A stretch of DNA of 64,000 bases, taken from Trichoplax sp. H2 (Eukaryota). The notes under the pieces are model-generated. The model searched no databases and was not told where the DNA came from. It saw only the letters and a program-made list of their open reading frames with translations. Positions 52,901-64,000 of this stretch are shown one piece after another (within the stretch, counting starts at the first letter, position 1; each line of letters opens with the position of its first letter). The DNA lies in the NCBI GenBank assembly GCA_003344405.1, contig NOWV01000011.1:744001-808000 (forward strand), written 5' to 3'. Position numbers and translations under genes: made by a program.

Positions 52901-55900
52901 ATTGACAAGTTCCAGTTAATCGATTACAAGGCTCATTCGTAGTACCTCTTGCATCGCAATCACATCCTATAATTGCAGAAACGCAATGCTTATAAGACAG
53001 AATTATTCTTTTATAAACTGTCTCGACGACAGTCATTGAAGCCAATATTATCATTGTAAAAGCGTTTTTATCAATCATAAGTTAATGGAACCGATATCTA
53101 AACTGATTTTATTGCAATTCTAGAAGTTAGTAGCTTGAGTAGTCAAATTAAGTAGAGCAAAACAATCATTTTTGAGACCTGTCATATACCGTATATGTTA
53201 TGTTTCTGAATGTCATTGCCATCAAATTAAAAATGATTGGCTATTAGTGAAGATCGTGCTATAATAATACGATTGCTTCTATCTGCTTAAGATGATAAGT
53301 GTGATAATTGCACGAGCTTAAATTTTATTTCTCTTAATGATAGATTTAGGATATATGGTATGGTACTGTAGTTTATGTAAAAGTTCGGATCGAAATCGAT
53401 GCAATCTTAGTAGCAATATGACGTACATGGCTTGTGTTCTAAGGCATTCATTTATACCGAACAGTTATATTTATGAAAAGGTAGCATGAAAACATTGGAA
53501 AATATCTTGATATCAAAGCCTGAACTAGTCGTGCGATATCGATATTTAGAGATTAAATTTACCCAGCGGTAGACACAGAATTATGTATTAAACTCTTTAT
53601 AATAAAATCTATAATTTCCGTTTGCGTCATTACTCTTCGATCAATAAGGAATATTAACCCAAATTTGATAATAAACTCTTACATTTGCGGTAATGTATGA
53701 AAATTGGAATTAATTGCTAGTAATATGTTTTATCGAATCGTTGATCATGAAAGGGCTGAAAAACTACATTTAGATCAAAAAATGATGACGTACGTTCTGT
53801 AGCGAGTTATTTCACTTAGGCAGATTAAGAAATTATAAAATAATTTAGTATAGTTCTCGATATTCTTACTTGCGCAAACATCAGGACTGTCCAATGATTT
53901 ATTTGCTTGTTGAAAGTAATTAGGCCGACATTGATTGCATTGATCGCCTCGTGTATTATCTTGGCAATTAGTGCAAAAGCTGCCTGATGCATTATTGGTA
54001 CGCTCATAAACTGTAGATGAGAAACTGCAGGTAGATGTGTGATTGTTACACTTGCAACCTAGAAAAGTAGATAGTATTTATCCATCAGTAATACATGTTA
54101 CGTAAAATATGCGGCTTCATATATAATTTAAAGATGTTTCTATAACTAATACCGACATTTATCGATACTATTAAAACTCTAATTACAATAAATTAATTTC
54201 TATAAAATTTCGATATCGATTAGAGTATACCTGAACAGCCTTTATTTTCTTGATAGCCAGCAATCCATGGCTGATCATTATATTCTGGTAAGCAAACATT
54301 ACATTGTGTGCCAGAAGTAAAGTGCTGGCAACTGCATTTGCCATGAATCTGATAATCGATGAGAAAACAGTTTATGTTAAAATTATTGAAGTAGGGAAAT
54401 GAATTATCACATTAGCCTTTAAGCTGTTATATTCCTTAATACTAACTAATAAATGAATATAATCTACAAAAGTATAAATATAGTCATACTATTTACCATG
54501 TCGCGAATGTTTAGCTTTGCTGGTGGAGTGTTTGGCATTGGGATACAACTCGATGCATGACCATAACACAAACAGCTACCATAAACAACTAAGCTAGAAA
54601 TAGCATAGTAATATTTTTCGTTATTATCAGGATAGCGCGGCCCGATTGCTTCTCCTAGTGTTTGTAATTTGCTAAATTCAAAACGAATATTGGTAACGGT
54701 AATCCAATCTAAAACACGAGGATCCGAGCGGCCATAATTGTTAGTTGTTCCAGGAGGCATTGCAATAAATACGACCTAAATGAATAGTTGTAACCAGTAT
54801 TATTATGCTGAAATCAAATTATCTAGTACATAGCTAAGCTATTCGTAAATTAAATTTGTAATAATCTTGTCAAGTGAAATTTTCATTCATACATATGTCA
54901 TTTCTGAATCATTTATTACAGGAAGATTGATCGGAATTACCTGGCCACCTGATGCTGGTTTCGGTTGTGAATATCTTCTGGTACATATAACATCAGAAAA
55001 AAAAGTTCTTTGGTTTATACTTTCTCGTATATTAGGAAAGGCTGTTGCACAGTTTTCGGCAAAATATTGGTAAGGCCTCCAATTCTTACCACCATCTTTA
55101 GATCTGGATACTATCATAGCGGCAGGGCGAAATGTTAAAAATGTCATTATTAAGTGAGTAATTTGAAATTCTGCCTCAAAGTCCAACGTTAGTGTTACTC
55201 TTTCAACGGCATTCTCTGATTGCCACCATGTTCGATTGGTATCAGATGTAGCAACGATATTGCTGACAAGATGAGACTCGGTCTCATTTCTACCAGGTCT
55301 AGAATCACAAGTAAAACATTTCTTCTCCGAATCTAAATCACTTACTCTACAATAGCGTTGCGGTCCATTTAAACCGCAGGTCGATGTAGCCGTTAATTGA
55401 TCGCCACGGCCTAATAATAATTCTCCACTTGGTGGATAACACGTCTTACCAAGACAATCTTGGCACTGGACGGTGGTTAGCTTAACTGAAATAAGGTTAA
55501 CGTAATTTAAAAAATTGCAAGAATGAATATGTCTCATTTAACCTATACTCATGTCATCAAGCGAATGATATGGTAGCCAAAGTCAATTTACGTTGGCCTA
55601 ATGAAAATTCGTCATTGTCTGAGATTCAGATATTTCATTCTCCTTAAATATAACAGTGTTTTTAACAGGTTGTTCGCTATCAGTTTTTACTATCCAGGAT
55701 AGTAAATAGAGTATGTCGTCTTAATTAGTGTTAGTGACTTTTAATCGCCTGCATTGGAATACCTGGTTTTATTAAATGATATACCGTCACTTTAAACTAA
55801 CTAAGATATTATCTATTATAGAGCGTTGAATTGAGTATAATGCTAATACTTATTTTACACTTCGAAATTTTGTAGAAATAAGTCAACAAAATGCATGCAT

Positions 55901-56550
55901 TAGAAGTACTTGATCAGTAGCCTATTTCGATGTGATTAGTACTCAAACTGGCATTAGTTTCTCATTAGTTCTCACGTTCTGCCTTCTTGACTTGAATAAC
56001 ATATTTTTGCAAGGATAAACTAAAATTTGTCATATCAAGGACTAACTATTTCGTACAAATATTATAATCGAATAATATCAAATATAGAAACTATAGAATC
56101 TTTTTTCCAGCTAAACATTAGTAATAAAAAAAGACTTTGAATTGATCGCTAAAATTGTATTCATCATTGCTTCGATAGTCAAGTATTGGTTGTAAATTGA
56201 TCTATTAGAATGAATCTCGTATGTATTCGTGATGTAAATTAATAATCAGCTCTAGGTTTAGTCTACTAAATTGATTTATAACATATTCTTTAGTCACGAT
56301 TGAACAATACTTTTAATTAAAGAAACGATTTCCATTTTTCAAGGAAAAATATGTTTATGGTCATTGTATTGCATAAAGTAATGAAACAAGATTTGCTACT
56401 AGTTTTGTACAAATCTATGCAACAGATGCCATAAATATCGGTGATTAATTTAATACTGCGCACAAGTACAAAATGGTTTATTAAAGATTTAACTAAAACT
56501 TTACCTAAGGCTGTAATGGCCCAAGCGAGAAGTAAATATCTCAGCTTCAT
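46904..56550 (-). CDS. LAMB1: Laminin subunit beta, complete multi-exon gene
   Basis: Exon 1 56550-56505 encodes [15 protein letters not shown] (signal). LN domain in 55485-54941 and 54775-54497 ([60 protein letters not shown]) closely matches laminin beta. LE repeats ~54.3-52.3 kb, domain IV ~52.2-51.3 kb, LE repeats ~51.2-49.2 kb. Coiled coil has the beta-specific Cys knob [22 protein letters not shown]. Last exon ends ...[18 protein letters not shown] at 46904. The symbol denotes the beta-chain family, not strict orthology. Confidence 0.93.
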
Positions 56551-59487
56551 GCTTTGTTCTTCAACTATTTCTTCAATCACATGAAACTGATTCCTACGGA
56601 AAAACTCCTAGCCACTATTCGTTCTCTTTACTCAGCTTTAACTTTATTAAATATCACAATGAATTCAATCTTCAAATCAAGTTATCGCATGTTTAGCATG
56701 GCAAACCGATCCAGCAAACAGTCAATCTACTGTTCCGCCTCTAATGCCGAGGTATAGAGGCTACAATTGACCTTCAATCCTCTATGTGCATACCATAAGC
56801 ATTTCTTTTTATTATAAAAATATTGATTTACATTAAAATAGACCTATACCGTACTCTTTATACTTATTTGCCACGCAAATGATTTTAATAATTTTAATTA
56901 GCAACACAGTCAAGTAATACAGGAGGTCGTACTTGCTCGAAATTGCTCCAAACTTATGCCCCTTTATATTGGGTAATTTTATGTTATTTACAAGCATTAC
57001 TTGTTCTTCTCGTATTATTTTGTTTCAAGTTTTTGAACTTTTTCTTGTGAATTTTATAATTATTTTTTGCCTTAAGCATACTAGAATACCTAATTCTTGT
57101 AACTAGATTTGTGTTATGTATAAATTCCTAGTAGTACATAACTTGAAACCGATTTATGACAGACATGTTGGTAAAGGTTTTGATAAGCAAATATGCAATA
57201 TGACATGTTATATTAATCATCTTTCCTTCATTTTTCTTATTTGAATTGAATTCTTGAAAGTGTAGAAAAATTTTGGCACCTTCTGACAAAAATCAGCTAG
57301 ATTCTCGCTCTTAAATTAGAGTGAAGATCACATTTGCTTTTCTATAATGACCTATTTCGTAAATGTAACAAGCATTCTAATTTAATTCACTTATCTATGA
57401 AATAATTCTTACTAGTCCTAATTTAATAAAAGATACTGTAAATAAACTATATAAGAATCATGTGATCGTTGCCTCATGCTGCTAAGGCTGTTGGCTATGC
57501 AGAGTAATTTCATTATATATAAATTACAACCACAAAGATACAACCGGAATTGCTTATCGACCTAGGCATCAGCATACAAAAGATTCTTTTTATAAATTGC
57601 TTTTGTGAATATTTTGGTGATTTGCAGCAGATTTTTGAGGTGGCTTAAAACCGCCGTTCATCAAGATCTATATATAGCTATCATTTAAAATTACTGAATA
57701 GAAGAATGAAATGCATGTAGTTTTCTAAAATTTCTCTACTGTAAATGATAACACAGTGGCACAATATACTATAGACAATTTGACGTGATTTGCGTAAAAG
57801 TTACATTAGAATTAATAGTAGTTATTCTGGTATCATTTAGTCGGTTTTAGTGTGTAATATACTGAGAACTATGAGTCTAGGCTATCGTGTAAGAACGTGA
57901 TTAATTTTAGAAGTTACATTTCCGAGACTGGAATTTAACATAGCGTGGCCTAACATGACTATTTTTCCCGGTAAAAAGCTTACACAATCTCGTTTTAGCT
58001 GCGTACAAATTCCCATTGAACGAATAATTGAACAATTATTTGCTTTAAAATTGTAACTACCAGCAACATTTTAATTAGTATACGAGTATAGTAATAGCCC
58101 TTGATTTAAGTGCTGGTTCATATACAGGCGATTAAAGTGTTTCCGGATCCCGAGCATTACGCGTACTCATTGTGACGCATTAATGATATTAGCCGCTGGG
58201 TAAAGTAATTTCGTTCCTAAATTCCCTTGTAACTGGCAAAGACTTCTCATTTCATTTCTAATGCAAACTAAAGTAACTGCAATATTTCTCTTACAAGGAT
58301 AAAAGTATATCCCATTTACGATTTGGATATCTATGGACTCTCGAGAACAGTAATTATAATTAATTAAAGGAGACGGTTTATGAAACCAAAGACGTAATCA
58401 AACACGTAATCAAGATGGACTTCGAACTTCGGTATACAGTGCAGACCACGGTATGGCTGAAGGGGCCACAACCGCATGATAGAACAGTATGCACATAAGA
58501 TTGTCGATCCTATAATGAGAGTCTGTATATAATGTTCTTTATGTTATTCAAACTATGTTGAAGATGTTTATGATATCAAGATATTAGAGCCATGCCGTCC
58601 CTGCTCTCCTACAGGCTGCACGCTGTGATTACCTATTAAAAATTTAAACTTCGCATAAAAGGTTATGCAGTATTCTAGGTTGATGAGAACTCTATCGGCT
58701 CTTTGTAGTTCATTAAATTAAAATTAATTGAACATTAGAGAGTCAGAGACAGTACATTGTTGATTGCAATTTATGAAAGAAGAAAAGATAATTATAATCG
58801 AATCTTATTTGCAGTTCATAAGTGAGAAATCTAGTGCTAACTGCAAGGAACTTGTTTAGCAGGCTGCAATATGCAGACCGTAAGAAGGTTATTGGAGAAT
58901 TATCCGCAAACAAAAATAATCTCTCAAGAGACTTTGATAAACCGGTAATATCCTCAAATCCCAAAAGCTTCTACTGTACTCTCCAACTGAAAATTGCTGT
59001 CGTTACTGGTTCATTAATAACTGCATGCAATATACAGTAAGACGCTAACTGAATAGGCTGTTCTATTTCCTTGAAAATCAGATAATGGCTTCGCATCGGA
59101 GCTTGGCTTTTTCCCCAATCTGCTTTAGTTACTGTAGTAGCAAAGATCCTATTTGTGTTATATTAAAGCGAACTATTTTTATGGTCATTCTAGAACAGTA
59201 AAGACTTGCGCGTGCCTACGTCGCCTTGCGAGTATTGCTCATCTTTCATTTTAATGCAAAAAAAATTCTTGTTAATTATCCACTTTGATTCGATATTAGT
59301 CCAAAGTAGATTTTCACACCAACATTATGATCTATTTTATGAACTATCAAATGCAAATTCGAAATTTTAGCTAAATAATCTCAACTGGATGGCCTTAATT
59401 TTAACAATGCCGATTCCAAAGCTTCTACGCATGTTCGAAGTTATTCCTTTGTTCATATAAAGTAAAATAGCCCACTATTGGTGGTAC

Positions 59488-59560
59488 GCCCTTGTAGCCT
59501 AATGGATAAGGCATCGGCCTCCTAAGCCGGGGATTGCGGGTTCGAGTCCCGTCAAGGGTA
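59488..59560 (+). tRNA. tRNA-Arg (anticodon CCT)
   Basis: GCCCTTG/CAAGGGT acceptor stem, D arm TAGCCTAATGGATAAGGC, anticodon loop CTCCTAA, T loop GGTTCGAGTCC, 73 nt. A T-run (Pol III terminator) follows at ~59576. Confidence 0.95.
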
Positions 59561-61049
59561 GATGTAGGAAAGATATTTTTTTCCTTATTACTAGTTTTCT
59601 GCTCATTGGCCAGAGATCGGGCAGTAAGAACGAAAGCAAGGTCATTTTTTCTTACCTTTACAAACTAGCCTTCTACAAGGCGTATAGTTGATTTGTATAA
59701 TAAATAAAGTGGCGTAAATGATATTTCGCGGCATAGCCCATGCTTTAATCACAGAATATAAAATTTTAAATACTGTTCGGGTTTCTACGAGTATTTCAAG
59801 ACAAATTCGACTCTGATATAGAATTAGCGTTCTATAATTTTTGTGGAACGGAAGCGATTGCTAAGTTAAATTTAATAGGCTAATAACAGCGGTACCTCTA
59901 CTCTTGTGGCATCAATGAAGATCTCTCATTTAATAAAACATAGGAAAGATAATAAATTTAAACAACGTATTCACACGTTGACTAACATTCCTCGTACTGT
60001 ATCACCAAGCTCCTAATAATAGATTAAAAATTATTATAAGATTTTAGGTATATTAAAGAAGCCATACCGCCGTACAATCTATATCTAGCCGAACATAGTG
60101 TGGCTGCCATGCTATTTCATTAATGTATCTTCTCATTAATTAATTACTAACTGGAATATTATCAACCGCTGTTAACTTTGATCATGGACTGGTAGCTTCA
60201 TTTCTGAGGAGTCACTACATATTTTACGTAGTCTAAACATACTAGGATAAGCCAGGTGTATAGAATTTAACAACTAAAGCCGTTTCGAGTTCGGAGGGTA
60301 AAGTTTCCTAAGAAGAATGCACTGTGTAACTGAATTCGTATATTTGAAACACGTACCATAGTTTTTGAATTAACAGGTTCATAAGTTGTTCATTTTATTC
60401 TAATTGATAGTGGAATATAAATGTAGCTGTGTACAGTCATACAATGGTACGATTTAGTGATATTTCATTGGAATTAATCAACATAATGTAGCAATAGTTA
60501 ACGAACTTAATAAAATGCCTATCAACAACGGCATTAAACAGACTGAGATCGTCTTTATTATGATCTGATGATTCATAAATCAAAGAGAAAAGTATTAGAT
60601 ACTGGCTGAATCATTTATTCATAAATTGCCTCACGGAGGCATTCTTTTACAATTTGGTATCATGTTTTATTACTTTAGGCAGTAAAATGTTAATAAATAC
60701 GTAAGATTAAAAGTTATTCTACTTTAAATGTTTCGAAAACTAATATAAAATATTTATGTTTGCATAGGCGTTTTGAAAAAGAATACTTTAGGAGTCATAC
60801 TGATCGGCTAAGTCCATCATTATTACAATGATGACATCGAATCGAGATAGTGGTGCTTTATCAATTAAAATTATAATCTATAGGCATTATTTAACCTAAC
60901 TGCGAATTTGGCAAATATTACAATTTTAATGTTACTGCAGTTCTGATTATAAATGTACTATATCAGGCAATGAAATATACGAATACACTAATGCTAGCTT
61001 CCATATAGCGTAAACTAAGTACCAGTAGATGGCTGCAGCATTAAAATCA

Positions 61050-64000
61050 TTAATCGTCTTCATCGTTATCATCTTCACTACTGCTCTCAATGTAAGAGTT
61101 ATAATCAAAGCTTCCAGTCATAATTTCAAGTAAAACGGAATGTTTACCGGACTCATTCGGCTCTCCAGGATTTAAAAAGTTTTGCCTATTTTCAGTATTT
61201 GTAACGATCAATGGCTTTATTAATTTCTCCTTGATGTATATTTCTGCGGGTGGAATACGTGGCTTGAAATATCTTGCGGCATGAATTTCAACTGGGTTAA
61301 TTTGATGGAGATAATCACTTGATAAACTAGCTAATGGCTCGTTGCATATTTTATGATGCAATACAAAGAATAGTGGTAAGTAAGCGGCATAGTTGATAAA
61401 GGAAATCTGTAACAATGTTGAAAAGCAGCAATGTTATATTACTAAATCTTATCGTTATATGGCTAGGTTTGTAAATATAAGATACTATCAGATGTGCATT
61501 AAGTTTAAGACGGTATATTACGCTGGTAACCTATTACTATCATAACAATATAATGATAATCTTAAAATGTAGTAAAATAAATTACGACACGCTATTATCA
61601 TAAACGAACCAAGTTTTCTTCATTCGGTAGCATTGAATTGATAATGTAATTCTCTTGCGCTTTAGATAATCCTCCAGCTTTCAATTCAATTCGCAAGGTA
61701 TCAGCAGGAATGTAGTATCCGTTGTCATCGTTATTGCAATAAAACATTCTCTGTTGTGATAAAATATTAATTTAAGTGTTAATTCAACAGCAGTTATCAT
61801 TATACGAACTAATTTATGTAACTGTGTCTGTGAACAATAGATTCAGGTATTACTTTAAATTGCATAAGTTTAGCCTCCAACGGAACAAGGTTCAGCAATT
61901 TCAGTATATTTTGAAGTTCAGGTCTAGATTGTAAAAATAATTCGTTAGGACTTTATTTGAAAACAAATGTGACAGATTTATTCCTGCTGAAGGCTATATA
62001 GGATTTCTTATCACTACGGAATAGTAGATAGTATAGAGCTCTTTCAATATCAGATTGCATACTCCATAGCGGTAACTCTTTCTACCAGTGCAGCACAAAC
62101 ACAAAATAGTTTGAAATCTATTTCGGACAACCTTTCCATTTCCAATACCTGTTAAAGAATGATAAGAAATCATTACAGTATAACTTTCTCTGTAAATTTC
62201 TTAATGAAAATAGATTTATTGAAAAGAGGTGATTGCATAAAATTTTTATCATCATTTTTTGATAGCAATCTTCAATAAGTAATACAGTTTGTATAAGAAC
62301 ATTTCATGGCCTACCTTCAAGACGTAAGTTAATTGTGAGTGAGTTACTGAAGATAAAGTTGGTATCATTTTTAGGGCAGAGCCGATAGTCTTAAATACAA
62401 TAATTATTACGTTAGATTCTGTCACATCATTAACCATGATATATCACCATTCTAAATACTATAGCTATTCAATTTATTATATTTACGTTATGGTAAGATC
62501 ATTATGTAGCTTACTTCAGCGGCGATATAACCGCCTTCATCTCTATCATGCAATGCAAATGCAGCTGCATATACATGAATATTCTTTTTGTTGACCAAAT
62601 GGAAGTAATTGAGAATATCAATTGAAGGATCTAGTGGATAATTAGTGAAACGATTAAACGAGTTAATAGATATTAGAATATTTCACAGCAGAATGCCGAT
62701 AATTATATAAACTATGGCGACTCGAATTAAAATAGCATCTCAATATTAATATAAAGTAATTACTTTATTTTCAATTTACCTAAATTTTTAGCAAAGAGAT
62801 GCTGTTCAGCCTTAGCTTCCCTATAAGTATTAATGATAATAGATTAAATATCAGCTATCAAGACGAAATTATGTGCAAGAATTTGATTAAAAACTACTGA
62901 AGCAGTAATACATGATAAAAATAAAATTTTTACTTTATATGTAGTAGATAATATAGTTAGATTGCTCTACAGTTATTTCCTGATAACTAATCAGTAGTGT
63001 TGGTACATTGGCCGTTAAAAATTACTTAATAATGCTTTTGCTTCGGGCTTTGATATAGGCTAAATGCTTTTGTTTACGTTCACGAATCTTTGCATTACGT
63101 CTTTCTGCCGCACTTCCTGTTTTTCTGTTGCTTTTGCGAAGTTTAACCTTTTCCGTAAACGTTTCTATGATAGTAATTACACTTTAAGCATCTATTAATA
63201 ATTTCATTCCCTTCACTTCAATTCATAACCCTTGAAAGAAATATATATTTAGAATTATAATTCTGGCTTTCAAACCTCTTGAGATTGCTTCTTCCGTAGC
63301 TGGCGATCCTTCTCTACTAGCAGAACCTATATCGGCAACCTCCTGTGATGGCATCATCGCATCCCTTTCAACAAAGTTATCGACTATTTCTTCCACAGCG
63401 GATAATATCTCTTCACCATCAAATGAGACTGAACTTTCTTTCCTTGTTGCACTATCTACTACCCTAACATAGCTAGATTCACTACTATTACCACCTTCGC
63501 TAGCTAGTTCGGCCAAGGATAAAACGCTACTCTGACTAAGTGATGACTCGGTATATTTTCTGTAATTGGATACCTTTATGTCAGATTCAGACTAATTAGA
63601 AAAAGGAATTATTTTTTAGATGATTTAAAACATTGAATTGTCATCGATTTTATTTAATAAGTGATCTATCTATGATGATTACCTTCTGCTGTCGTATGAC
63701 TGGACTTTCTTTCTTTACTATCGACGTTCTGAAGGAATCTTCGCTGGCCGTACGCTTTTGTACGTCTCTCTTTTTTTCCGTAGACCTATTTATTAAAGAC
63801 AAATAAGATGTAGCTATAACATTTCCCAGGAATAATTTGTATAATTGATCCACAAATTTATCATAAATGGATGGATATCAAATTTATACTTAGCACTGAT
63901 TTTGGACTCAGATATCAATTTATTTTGTTTTATAACAGTACAGTACTAAAACATGATGATATATTCACTTTACCTTTCAGAGATTGATTTTATAGCATCC
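61050..64000 (-). CDS. 3' part of a multi-exon gene for an uncharacterised protein with EF-hand-like segments; 5' end probably outside the window
   Basis: GT-AG bounded coding segments: Ser/Glu-rich exon ~63.2-63.6 kb; AAAFALHDRDEGGYIAAE (~62520-62630); VLEMERLSEIDFKLFCVCAAL (~62.1 kb); RMFYCNNDDNGYYIPADTLRIELKAGGLS (~61.6-61.75 kb); last exon ISFINYAAYLPLFFVLHHKICNEPL...EDDNDEDD*. Exact exon boundaries are not all resolved. Confidence 0.65.

Overview
AT-rich eukaryotic (animal) genomic DNA with short GT-AG introns; composition, intron size and gene content suggest an early-branching metazoan such as a placozoan (inference, not proven). About 2-45 kb is a tandem array of at least 12 paralogues of a two-exon gene family. 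Each has a signal-peptide exon and a ~680-700 nt exon; intact copies encode a ~250-aa secreted protein with 10 conserved Cys. The N-terminus resembles the fibrinogen-related/intelectin N-terminal motif (PxSCxEIK...NGY...CDF...WTL) and the C-terminus is distinct (HxRxTCNF, DYINVRG-CxxC, STTNWWIGG). Five copies are intact, one has a single nonsense codon, one is a truncated but open 93-aa version, and the rest are pseudogenes or relics. The array also holds solo-LTR-like elements (two with perfect 5-bp target-site duplications) and short tandem duplications. The right part contains a complete laminin beta gene (minus), a tRNA-Arg(CCT), and the 3' part of a multi-exon gene for an EF-hand-like protein.
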